Assembly: GCF_000621525.1 (NCBI RefSeq)
Contig: NZ_JHYC01000019.1
Coordinates: 27,906 to 51,905 of the forward strand
DNA length: 24,000 nt
Direction: 5' to 3'
Source of the DNA: Legionella fairfieldensis ATCC 49588
GTDB lineage: Bacteria; Pseudomonadota; Gammaproteobacteria; Legionellales; Legionellaceae
In this document: piece after piece, positions 8,757 to 16,966 of the stretch
Layout of the letters: every line of letters begins with the position of its first letter
Numbering within the stretch: position 1 is the first letter of the stretch
Notes under the pieces: model-generated
What the model saw: the letters and a program-made list of their open reading frames with translations, nothing else
Database searches by the model: none
What the model was told of the DNA's origin: nothing
Translations under genes and position numbers: made by a program

Positions 8757-9317
8757 CTAATTGCCTTTAGGTTTAGAGACAAAAGCGTTTCCTTGAATAT
8801 AAAATCTTAATAATTTATTTGCCCATTCTTTTGCATAATGAACTCCAACACGCGGCGCTTCAACAATGTGTGCTGGTGGTTCATAATCAGCATCCGTAAT
8901 AAAAAGATCATCACTTAAAAGATCATGGGCATTTAAATGACGATCAATCATCATGGCCCTACAGAGCAATCCCGGTCCCATCGTTCGTCCAGTTATGTTT
9001 GCAACCGGCTCCACAGCACGAATTAGTACAGCAGCTCCAATACCCGAAGGTTCCGTTACAATATTGAAACAATGATACATACCATAAATTAAATACACAT
9101 ACGCATATCCAGGCGGACCAAACATTGTCACTGTACGCTTTGTGAGTCCTTTGGAAGAATGGGCTGCAAGATCATGCGGCCCCAGATAAGCTTCAACTTC
9201 TACAATTTTACCTATTTTCGCTATACCTTGTGAATAATGCACTATATGATGACCAAGAAGGTCTTTGGCAACCCTGCTGGTTTCTCTGTTATAAAATTCT
9301 CGAGGCAGTTTTTGCAT
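8757..9317 (-). CDS. mpg: DNA-3-methyladenine glycosylase, Mpg/AAG family
   Basis: The sequence LPREFYNRETSRVAKDLLGHHIVH...GKIVEVEAYLGPHDLAAHS...MFGPPGYAYVYLIYGMYHCFNIV...AVLIRAVEP matches the AAG/Mpg family. Start chosen at ATG 9317 (MQKLPREFY), like homologues. The track start at 9353 would overlap the upstream ORF. Confidence 0.85.
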   Translation of the reverse strand: MQKLPREFYNRETSRVAKDLLGHHIVHYSQGIAKIGKIVEVEAYLGPHDLAAHSSKGLTKRTVTMFGPPGYAYVYLIYGMYHCFNIVTEPSGIGAAVLIRAVEPVANITGRTMGPGLLCRAMMIDRHLNAHDLLSDDLFITDADYEPPAHIVEAPRVGVHYAKEWANKLLRFYIQGNAFVSKPKGN

Positions 9318-9325
9318 AAAGTTGC

Positions 9326-9613
9326 TCAGCGACAATCTCTCTCTAACCAACATTCATCGAATTGATTACAGATACGAACCGTTTCGCAGGCAGGCGCATA
9401 ATATCGAGGAGGAGGAGGTACATTGATGACAATATCAGGTCTCCAGCCGCCATTATTGTAGTAAAATCCATTACCCGGATAAATGCTTCCAAAATAAAAA
9501 CCACCGCCATGACCATGATAAGGTCCTCTATAGCCACCATGCCAGGCATTGCCAATAAAACTGATCAGTAAGCCAATGACAAATAACATTGTTCTTATCC
9601 TATTAGTTTTCAT
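9326..9613 (-). CDS. Small secreted Gly/Tyr/His-rich protein with a C-terminal four-Cys module (hypothetical)
   Basis: 95 aa. It has a Sec-type signal (MKTNRIRTMLFVIGLLISFIGNA/WHGG) and a GGGTG SD-like element upstream. Only this one of the three overlapping frames has a signal peptide and a coherent low-complexity pattern. Confidence 0.55.
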   Translation of the reverse strand: MKTNRIRTMLFVIGLLISFIGNAWHGGYRGPYHGHGGGFYFGSIYPGNGFYYNNGGWRPDIVINVPPPPRYYAPACETVRICNQFDECWLERDCR

Positions 9614-9694
9614 AATTTACACCCATGTTCAAAAACCGAATAAAATATACAGACATTAAAAAATTTAAACAACTACAGTATAAATTAAATCCAT

Positions 9695-9710
9695 CGTCCT
9701 CGGAAGGACG
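9695..9710 (-). terminator. Possible terminator hairpin downstream of the pilX-like gene
   Basis: Stem CGTCCT (9695-9700) pairs with AGGACG (9705-9710) around a 4-nt loop. On the minus strand it is followed by AUGGAUUUAAUUUAU (U-rich, but not a clean U-run). Confidence 0.35.
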
Positions 9711-9727
9711 CAATTCAATATAAGTGT

Positions 9728-10240
9728 TCATAAAGACATTACAGGCACATGACGCCAGCTAAGTAATCCTGTTTTAATGGGTACAGGCTCTTTGTCGCAG
9801 GCAAGTAATTTTGTTCTTCTGGCAAACCGTAACTGTAAAAAAGCAGGATTATCCTTTGCATTCAGTATAGTAATACGCCAATGTTGTGTACTATACATTG
9901 TCTCCCCTATCTTCGTTTGCAAACAAGGAAATAAACCCAGGTTTTCGATTAAATAAAAAAACTGCTCGTGTCCTTCTACCCAGATACACCCTTGTTTACT
10001 TGTTAATAAACTGATTAAATCATCGGGATCTGTCTCTTTAATAATACAAGCTTGATTAATTACTGAAGCCAGTTTAAACGCCGCTGCTTCCAATTGGTAA
10101 AACGATTGGTGCTTCGCATAGAATTGATTCAATCCTTTATAAGATAAAAACACCATCTGCATTTGAGATAATACTAATAGAGTCAATAGGGCTAATAACA
10201 GAATAATAGTTATTAAAACCATCCCACTTTGTTTATTCAA
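9728..10240 (-). CDS. pilX: PilX-like type IV pilus minor pilin / pilus assembly protein
   Basis: 170 aa. TTG start with an AAGGA SD 6 nt upstream. The N-terminus MNKQSGMVLITIILLLALLTLLVLS resembles the PilX_N hydrophobic segment (no Glu at +5, as in PilX/GspK-type proteins). It sits directly after the pilW-like gene. Confidence 0.6.
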   Translation of the reverse strand: MNKQSGMVLITIILLLALLTLLVLSQMQMVFLSYKGLNQFYAKHQSFYQLEAAAFKLASVINQACIIKETDPDDLISLLTSKQGCIWVEGHEQFFYLIENLGLFPCLQTKIGETMYSTQHWRITILNAKDNPAFLQLRFARRTKLLACDKEPVPIKTGLLSWRHVPVMSL

Positions 10241-10265
10241 GCAACATCCTTTAAAGATCCAATTA

Positions 10266-11012
10266 TTACAAGGTACGAATTCCTGTGTCTATTTCTATAC
10301 GTTGTGAGGTGTTCATACTTAAAATGACCCTTACCCGTTTTTTTTCCTTAAAAGAGTTGATTTCGACTGACAGATTATTAATTAGAGAGCCAAGTTCTTC
10401 TGCGTGTTTTTGCTGGTAAAACAAACTTTGTCGACCTTGTTGATTTTTTTGTATAAAAAAAGCTTCTTCTATCCATTCACCCACATAAACGGGCATGACG
10501 TAATCAAACATTAAAGGTTTCGTTAAACGAATAATACTCCCCGTCTTATTACTTTGAACGTGCTCAATTTGTTGGATTTCAGCATGATAGCAATCTGCTA
10601 TCAGGATAGTTTGTCCCTCTTGATAAAGAACCCCTGCTTTTAAAAATAATTTAGTGGGACTGATTGACTTAATCACTGAGGAGAAATATTCACTCATTCT
10701 ATGAATAGAAAATCCCGTTTTTTTCCCGCTTTGCATTGCAATTGCAGAATTGCTAGCCGATCGGCTATCCCGTCTGTCCACAACCTGTAATGCATTAAGA
10801 CCTCTACAAGGTGTAAAACCTGCATGCCTTACACTATTGCGAATCAAATCACTCACTAACTGCAACTCATAAGATTGATCCAATAGGCTTTGCACATACC
10901 GGTACTGACGTTTAGAAGCTAAATAATGCTGCATCATTATAGTGACCAGAAAGCCTGTCAAAAACAGCCCGATTAGCAACTCAACCAAACTTATACCTTG
11001 TTGCCTGCTCAT
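10266..11012 (-). CDS. pilW: PilW-like type IV pilus minor pilin
   Basis: 248 aa. Prepilin cleavage/methylation motif QQG/ISLVELLIG with Glu at +5. The following segment QHYLASKRQYRYVQ...LIRNSVRHAGF parallels P. aeruginosa PilW (QIYLDNKRNYLFQQ...LAKTGY). ATGA overlap with the upstream gene at 11009-11012. Confidence 0.72.
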   Translation of the reverse strand: MSRQQGISLVELLIGLFLTGFLVTIMMQHYLASKRQYRYVQSLLDQSYELQLVSDLIRNSVRHAGFTPCRGLNALQVVDRRDSRSASNSAIAMQSGKKTGFSIHRMSEYFSSVIKSISPTKLFLKAGVLYQEGQTILIADCYHAEIQQIEHVQSNKTGSIIRLTKPLMFDYVMPVYVGEWIEEAFFIQKNQQGRQSLFYQQKHAEELGSLINNLSVEINSFKEKKRVRVILSMNTSQRIEIDTGIRTL

Positions 11013-11194
11013 AAGGTGGTAAATAGCTGTTCTTTATTATTATCTTTCTGTATTGACCGGTGTGAAGTGATTAACATTTGATTCATGAGCTGATTGAGTT
11101 GGAGCTGTTGGCGCAAGAGGGTGAGTGCTATGCCGGAAATAAGTAAAAAGGAAACTACTATTTCTATTAGAGAAAAACCGTGCTGTTTAATCAT
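11009..11194 (-). CDS. pilV: Very short PilV-like prepilin-type protein (61 aa: N-terminal helix only)
   Basis: The N-terminus MIKQHG/FSLIEIVVSFLLISGIALTLL is a class-III signal with G-1, F+1 and E+5, similar to the PilV N-terminus (GFSMIEVLVALLLISIG). The ORF ends after 61 aa exactly where pilW starts, so there is no room for a globular domain. Confidence 0.6.
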   Translation of the reverse strand: MIKQHGFSLIEIVVSFLLISGIALTLLRQQLQLNQLMNQMLITSHRSIQKDNNKEQLFTTL

Positions 11195-11330
11195 TTTCCA
11201 TTCCTGAGATTGTTTGCCATGCGTAGCTTAACGCTTATTGAACGGTAAAAACAAGAGCTGGAAATCTATCTTTAACAAAATATTATTGTATTATTAATAA
11301 ATTACATGATATCAATGCTAAGGAATTCTC

Positions 11331-12443
11331 TTGTCTTGCAATTATCAGCAACTTCCTCACGCAGGCATTCAAACCTTGACTCCTTATTTACCAGGTAAAT
11401 CTATTGAAGAATTAGCCAATGAGTCAGGAATAAGTAATATTATTAAACTGGCCAGCAACGAAAATCCATTAGGATGCAGCCCTTTAGTCAATGAGGCGTT
11501 AGCGAAACTATCTGACATGCAGATAACCAATTATCCCGATCCGGCTAATCATCCTTTATTAACCAAACTTAGTCAGAAATTAGGCATTAGTGAACAGATG
11601 CTTACAGTGGGTAACGGCTCCGATTTACTCTTTTTCTTCTTGTTAACAGCATTTGCCTTGCATACCGATAAAAGCATGGTCACGCATGAACATGCTTTTA
11701 TTTCTTACCATATTCAAGCGCAAACTTTAGGTATACCCATAATAGTCACCCCGTTGAAGTCGGATTGGCAGGTTGACATTGAGGCAATGATTAATGTTTG
11801 TAATAGGAAACCCGCCATCATTTTTTTGGCTAATCCTAATAATCCTACAGGTGTACTTATTCCTCATCCTCATATCAAACAACTTTTAGCCAATGTTCCC
11901 TCTTCTACAATTCTTGTTCTGGATGAAGCTTATTATGAATATGCCTTTAGTCCAGATGATGAAACAAGCATCAATTTACTTGCACAACATCCAAATTTAA
12001 TTATCACCCGTACTTTTTCCAAAGCGTACGGGCTTGCAGGATTACGTTTAGGGTATGCCATAGCTCATCCAGAACTGACTGAAATTCTGCAACGTGTGCA
12101 ACTCCCTTTCGCTGTGAATCAAGCAGCATTGGCAGCAGCGTATGCAGCGCTTGACGATGAAAGTTTTATAATCAGAAGCGTGGCGCTTAATTCGCAAGGG
12201 ATGCAACAGATGATGCGAGGTTTGAAGGAGTTAAAACTAAACTATATACCATCCAGTTGTAATTTTATTACAATTGACTGCCAAACTAACGCTCTACCGA
12301 TTTATCAAACTTTACTTAAAGAAGGTATTATTGTTCGCCCTTTATTACCTTATGGGCTGATGCAATATCTGCGTGTCAGTATAGGTACTACGGAACAAAA
12401 TTCTCGTTTTATTAATAAACTTGCGGCCTGTTTTCAAAAATAA
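11331..12443 (+). CDS. hisC2: Histidinol-phosphate/aromatic aminotransferase, HisC family 2 (second paralog)
   Basis: 370 aa. Motifs LTPYLPGKSIEELA, KLASNENPLG, ANPNNPTG, VLDEAYYEY and TRTFSKAYGLAGLRLGY (PLP lysine). TTG start at 11331 with an AGGA SD 6 nt upstream. There is no in-frame ATG nearby. Confidence 0.85.
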   Translation: MSCNYQQLPHAGIQTLTPYLPGKSIEELANESGISNIIKLASNENPLGCSPLVNEALAKLSDMQITNYPDPANHPLLTKLSQKLGISEQMLTVGNGSDLLFFFLLTAFALHTDKSMVTHEHAFISYHIQAQTLGIPIIVTPLKSDWQVDIEAMINVCNRKPAIIFLANPNNPTGVLIPHPHIKQLLANVPSSTILVLDEAYYEYAFSPDDETSINLLAQHPNLIITRTFSKAYGLAGLRLGYAIAHPELTEILQRVQLPFAVNQAALAAAYAALDDESFIIRSVALNSQGMQQMMRGLKELKLNYIPSSCNFITIDCQTNALPIYQTLLKEGIIVRPLLPYGLMQYLRVSIGTTEQNSRFINKLAACFQK

Positions 12444-12501
12444 GCCTTCGATGAAGTCCCGAAGTCAATCAATTTATTTCTCTTCCATTGTTAGACTTTT
12501 A

Positions 12502-12530
12502 TTGTTTAAAAATAAAAACCAGTGTATAAT
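12502..12530 (+). promoter_or_regulatory. Candidate sigma70 promoter for the orphan ORF (TTGTTT-N17-TATAAT)
   Basis: Perfect -10 TATAAT at 12525-12530. TTGTTT at 12502-12507 with a 17-nt spacer. It lies ~30 nt upstream of ATG 12562. Confidence 0.3.
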
Positions 12531-12561
12531 TAAAGATCTATTAAGTTACTAAAAATATATT

Positions 12562-13101
12562 ATGCAATCTGGAATAGTTGACAAAGTATTTGGAAGAAAT
12601 CTTAAAAAAAAGATAGAAACACCATTAACTGAATTCCTCAATCAAACTAAAAAAGATCTGAAGAATAATGAAGATGTGGATTTAATTGATAAAAAAATTG
12701 AACTTTTCAAGAAGTTAAAAATCCTTTATACAAATTTACACATGCTTTATTCTCACTTCTCTGAATCAGAGGAAAGTAAAAAAGACTTGGATGAGCATTT
12801 TTGTAAGGTGCTAAATGCACTTAAGGGTCACCGAATAAAAAATCTTCCTATTGAGCCAGGCGGCTCCATACAAAAATTTTTAGATACTCAAATCGAAGTG
12901 AAAGGCAAATACCGTGAATATGTTAGAGTATTGAACACACTTGTTGAAAAGCATAATCATTCTAAAAGCGAGAATACATCCTTCTTTCGCGCTCAACGAA
13001 ACAAACTCACAAAAGAATCATTGCCTACCTATATGCCGATACCAGAGCCAGAAGAGTTAAATTTTGATGGCTTAAATCTTAATAGTGGGATCAACAATTA
13101 A
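12562..13101 (+). CDS. Hypothetical Lys/Glu-rich helical protein, no recognisable family (candidate translocated effector)
   Basis: 179-aa ORF in a markedly AT-rich stretch between hisC2 and phhB. No clear SD. The C-terminus is ...PIPEPEELNFDGLNLNSGINN. Coding status rests on ORF length in AT-rich DNA only. Confidence 0.5.
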   Translation: MQSGIVDKVFGRNLKKKIETPLTEFLNQTKKDLKNNEDVDLIDKKIELFKKLKILYTNLHMLYSHFSESEESKKDLDEHFCKVLNALKGHRIKNLPIEPGGSIQKFLDTQIEVKGKYREYVRVLNTLVEKHNHSKSENTSFFRAQRNKLTKESLPTYMPIPEPEELNFDGLNLNSGINN

Positions 13102-13114
13102 CCTTTGATTAAAT

Positions 13115-13131
13115 CGTCTTGAAAACAGACG
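13115..13131 (+). terminator. Weak terminator-like hairpin after the orphan ORF
   Basis: Stem CGTCT (13115-13119) pairs with AGACG (13127-13131) around a 7-nt loop. A TTTT run appears only 6 nt later. Confidence 0.25.
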
Positions 13132-13232
13132 CTATACTTTTCAAGTAAATTTGTTCAACCTCCGCCTTTTATAAGCTGTTTTCTAATTAGGATAAATAAA
13201 CTATAGTATGTGAAAAATCCTAAGGAGAACTT

Positions 13233-13574
13233 ATGAAAAGTGATTTAAGTCGAAAACACTGTGAATCCTGTGAAGGGATAGGTCAGGCATTAACCGTAGA
13301 ACAGATCCAAAATTTAATGCCACAACTTAATAAAAGCTGGCAAATTCAGAGTAGTCATAAAGAGATTAAGCGCTCTTTTAAATTTGCAAATTTTTATGAA
13401 ACCATGGCATTTGTCAATGCACTGGCCTGGATAGCCAACACTGAAAATCACCATCCTGATTTGGAAGTTGGTTATAATTATTGCCATGTGCGCTTTATGA
13501 CCCATGCTTTAAAAGGCTTAACACATAATGATTTCATCTGTGCAGCAAAAGTAGATGCTTTAGTTGAGAACTGA
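13233..13574 (+). CDS. phhB: Pterin-4a-carbinolamine dehydratase (PCD/PhhB)
   Basis: 113 aa. The stretch F.F.NFYETMAFVNALAWIANTENHHPDLEVGYNYCHVRFMTH is the PCD signature (HHPD). Strong AAGGAG SD. Confidence 0.9.
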   Translation: MKSDLSRKHCESCEGIGQALTVEQIQNLMPQLNKSWQIQSSHKEIKRSFKFANFYETMAFVNALAWIANTENHHPDLEVGYNYCHVRFMTHALKGLTHNDFICAAKVDALVEN

Positions 13575-13729
13575 ATCATGTCAAGCAAGCAGCATATATC
13601 GACACAAAGAACGAGGATGCTAACCGGCAATAACTCAGGTGGCTAAGCAAAACCATTAGTATTCAACCCGAACTTGCCTCCTGATGTCCGTATTCCCGCT
13701 GCCTGAACTTGCTCTATTGACTGAACCAT

Positions 13730-14650
13730 TCAAGGTCTGTCGTCAAGCTCTTTACGTTGAATCGGCAGAAAATCTTTTTTATCCAATCCCATGACTACAG
13801 CTAAAGCACCGGCGACATAAATAGAAGAATAGGTTCCTACAACGATCCCTATGATAAGCGCTAAAGAAAAACCATGAATCGTTTCGCCACCATATATAAA
13901 CAAAGCGACCACAACAAACAAGGTTAATACCGAGGTCATGATTGTTCTTGATAAGGTTTGATTAATAGAAATATTCATGATTTCCAAAGAGCTGGCGCGG
14001 CGAATCTTAATAAAGTTTTCTCTAACCCGATCAAAAACTACAATAGTATCATTAAGTGAATAGCCAATGACTGCAAGCAAACCTGCAAGGGCTTTGAGAT
14101 CAAATTCAATACCAAACATAGCAAATATACCAAGAATCAAGACAGGATCGTGAATCAAGGCTACCGCTGAACTAACGGCCAGACGGTATTCAAAACGCAT
14201 TCCAATATAAATCATGGTGGCAAGTAAGGACACAATAATGGCCAAAGCCCCCTTGGTCGCTAACTCTTGTCCCACTTGAGGCCCAACAATATCAACACGC
14301 TGTTTTATTGCCCCGGCTGGTAACTGTTGCATAACTCTGTCAACCAACTTGGTCTGATCCAGATCAGCATGAGGCGCAATGCTGATTAATACATCTTTTG
14401 AAGTACCATAACTGACCACCTGTGCTTCTTTGAAGCCTGCATTATACAGATTATCACGAATGGCCACCAAATCAGCAGTTTGAGGAAACGCAACTTCAAT
14501 TTGTGTCCCACCTGTAAAGTCCAAACCCCATTTTAAGCCATTAATTAATAATGCCCCAATGGACATCACGAAAATAAACGTAGACAGAATGGCAGTCCAC
14601 TTACGGACTCCCATGAAATCTATGTTTGAATTTGGATTAAAAAATTCCAT
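13730..14650 (-). CDS. secF: Protein translocase subunit SecF
   Basis: 306 aa. Motifs IDFMGVRK, GLDFTGGT, and a C-terminal multi-TM region with SLNDTIVVFDRVREN. It follows secD. Confidence 0.96.
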   Translation of the reverse strand: MEFFNPNSNIDFMGVRKWTAILSTFIFVMSIGALLINGLKWGLDFTGGTQIEVAFPQTADLVAIRDNLYNAGFKEAQVVSYGTSKDVLISIAPHADLDQTKLVDRVMQQLPAGAIKQRVDIVGPQVGQELATKGALAIIVSLLATMIYIGMRFEYRLAVSSAVALIHDPVLILGIFAMFGIEFDLKALAGLLAVIGYSLNDTIVVFDRVRENFIKIRRASSLEIMNISINQTLSRTIMTSVLTLFVVVALFIYGGETIHGFSLALIIGIVVGTYSSIYVAGALAVVMGLDKKDFLPIQRKELDDRP

Positions 14651-14666
14651 CTAAGTTTCGCCTCGT

Positions 14667-16523
14667 CTAAATACCGATTGATAATTTTTTTACATTCCGG
14701 CCACCATAGTACCAATTTACAATAGCACGTGTATAAGTGATACTCGTTAACATGGAAGTCAGCAAACCCAGGCAGAGAATGACAGCAAAGCCACGAACAG
14801 GACCTGTCCCTATTGCAAACAGAATAATCCCCACAATCAAGGAAGTGACGTTTGCATCAATGATCGTTGCAAAAGCACGGTCATAACCAGCGTAAATGGC
14901 CGCTTGCGGCGTTAAACCACGACGTAATTCCTCACGAATTCGTTCATAAATGAGAACATTCGCGTCAACCGCCATCCCCACTGTTAATACAAAACCAGCA
15001 ATACCAGGCAAGGTCAGAGTAGCGCCAATAATAGACATTAAAGCACTCAGTAAAATCAGATTTAAAAACAGCGCGAGGTTAGCAACCAAGCCAAAAAAAT
15101 GATAGTAGAGTAACATTAATATCAAAATTAGCCCCATCCCCACCTGAAGAGAAACCAGTCCACGATGAATATTTTCCTTTCCAAGAGAAGGCCCCACCGT
15201 TCGCTCTTCTACAGGATAAATTACCGCAGGCAGAGCACCTGCACGTAATAGTAAGGCTAAGTCACTCGCTTCTTTACTATCCTTAAGACCGGTAATCTGA
15301 AAATTGTTACCTAACGCATTTTGAATGACAGGAGCAGAAATAACGCGTTCTTCACGATGGTTAACCCGCTTTTCAACACCGTCCACCATTTGGGTAGTTG
15401 ACTTTGTTTCTACATAAACAATAGCCATCCGCTTACCGATATTATCCCGCGTAATTCGGGTAAACAACGTTTCTCCTCCTCCGCCGAGTTGAATCTGGAC
15501 AGAAGGCGTCGCTGTTTGCTGATCAAAGCTGGACACGGCACTGGTGATAGAATCGCCGCTTAATACAATCTGGCGTTTTAAAAGAATAGGATAACCATCC
15601 ATCATGTATAATTTGCTGTTCACAGGTACCACACCCGTTTGTTTGGCAATCTGTGCATCGTTCTCCTGATCAACCAGGTAGAATTGTAAGGTTGCGGTAC
15701 CTCCTAAAATCTGGTGTGCCCGAGCCGCATCCTGAATACCTGGCAAATCCACCCCGATGCGGGTAGCGCCTTGCTGCTGTACAACAGCCTCACCAACACC
15801 TAACTCGTTAACCCTGTTTCGTAAAATACTCATCGTTTGTTCAATAGTATTTTGCCGAATAGTATTTAGTTCTGTGGGTAGCAGAGAAGCAGATATCGAA
15901 TTCGTTACTTCAGATTTGGTAAAACTTAAGTCAGGAAATTTGTTTTTCAGCGTTACAAAAGCCTCACGCATCACTTCCGGCGAACGGAAACGTATATCGA
16001 TTCCTTTATCGGCAAGATATCGAATTCCCGAATAACGCATGCCTGCCTCACGTAAATCCTGACTCAGACTTTTCATGAGACCTTCATAACGACGATTAAT
16101 GACACTATCGACATCGACTTCCAGTAAAAAATGCACACCACCACGCAGATCAAGCCCCTGCTTCATTGGTTCTGCACCAATTTTGCTAAACCAGCCGGGT
16201 GTAGCGGCAGCAAGATTTAAAGCAACGGTGTATTCCGAACCCAATCCATTTTTTATTGCATCACGCGCCAATAACTGAATATCAGTCGAGGCAAAACGTA
16301 TTTCCAAATGATCACCTGAAGTAACTATTGACCCATGGGGAATTTGCGCATTATCAAGAAGCGTTGCCACCTGTTGACTTAACTGTTCCATGTCGACCGG
16401 TAATTGTGAAGAGACCTGAACAGCCGGATCTTCACTGTATAAATTAGGAATAGCATAAATCAAACCAATCACTGCAACGGCAATTAATATAATATTTTTC
16501 CAGAGAGGATATTTGTTCTGCAT
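14667..16523 (-). CDS. secD: Protein translocase subunit SecD
   Basis: 618 aa. The N-terminus MQNKYPLWKNIILIAVAVIGLIYAIPNLYSEDPAVQVS parallels E. coli SecD. Motifs GLDLRGGVHF and VDANVLIYERIREE are present. Confidence 0.97.
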   Translation of the reverse strand: MQNKYPLWKNIILIAVAVIGLIYAIPNLYSEDPAVQVSSQLPVDMEQLSQQVATLLDNAQIPHGSIVTSGDHLEIRFASTDIQLLARDAIKNGLGSEYTVALNLAAATPGWFSKIGAEPMKQGLDLRGGVHFLLEVDVDSVINRRYEGLMKSLSQDLREAGMRYSGIRYLADKGIDIRFRSPEVMREAFVTLKNKFPDLSFTKSEVTNSISASLLPTELNTIRQNTIEQTMSILRNRVNELGVGEAVVQQQGATRIGVDLPGIQDAARAHQILGGTATLQFYLVDQENDAQIAKQTGVVPVNSKLYMMDGYPILLKRQIVLSGDSITSAVSSFDQQTATPSVQIQLGGGGETLFTRITRDNIGKRMAIVYVETKSTTQMVDGVEKRVNHREERVISAPVIQNALGNNFQITGLKDSKEASDLALLLRAGALPAVIYPVEERTVGPSLGKENIHRGLVSLQVGMGLILILMLLYYHFFGLVANLALFLNLILLSALMSIIGATLTLPGIAGFVLTVGMAVDANVLIYERIREELRRGLTPQAAIYAGYDRAFATIIDANVTSLIVGIILFAIGTGPVRGFAVILCLGLLTSMLTSITYTRAIVNWYYGGRNVKKLSIGI

Positions 16524-16545
16524 GAGTTTGTCCCTATATCCAAAC

Positions 16546-16881
16546 TTAAAGGGATTTAAGAGTGCCTTTGGGTAAAACTGCGCTTACCGCAGCACGCTGC
16601 ATACTGATTTCCACACCCTCGGCAATGGATACTTTGATGTATTGTTCATCAATATTCACTACTTTGGCGAGTAAACCGCCTGACGTTACAATTTCATCGC
16701 CTTTTTTCAAATTGCCAATCAACTGGCGATGCTCCTTCGCACGTTTGTTTTGCGGTCTTATTAACATAAAATAAAACAGTACAAAAATAGCAGCGATCAT
16801 TATGAGCGAAAACATACCGTCAGACTGTGGCGCCTGAGCTATCGGGGCTGCAGCCATTGCATCACTGATAAAAAAACTCAT
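16546..16881 (-). CDS. yajC: Preprotein translocase accessory subunit YajC
   Basis: Start moved to ATG 16881 (MSFFISDAMAAAP...), identical in style to E. coli YajC MSFFISDAVAA, with an AGGAGAGAAAGG SD. Motif LIRPQNKRAKEH. The C-terminus is LPKGTLKSL. Confidence 0.93.
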   Translation of the reverse strand: MSFFISDAMAAAPIAQAPQSDGMFSLIMIAAIFVLFYFMLIRPQNKRAKEHRQLIGNLKKGDEIVTSGGLLAKVVNIDEQYIKVSIAEGVEISMQRAAVSAVLPKGTLKSL

Positions 16882-16966
16882 CCTTTCTCTCCTCATATTC
16901 ACTGTTTAATGAGTACGCCATTCTGAACGGGCGCAAGTAGCGTGACATCATAGCGAGATTTCCATC

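Noticed and set aside
9343-9571. Alternative frames over the Gly-rich gene (9343..9555 minus, 9362..9571 plus)
   Set aside because: They are overlapping frames of a low-complexity GGN/CCN-rich segment. Neither has a signal peptide or a plausible start context, and the 9326..9613 frame explains the region.
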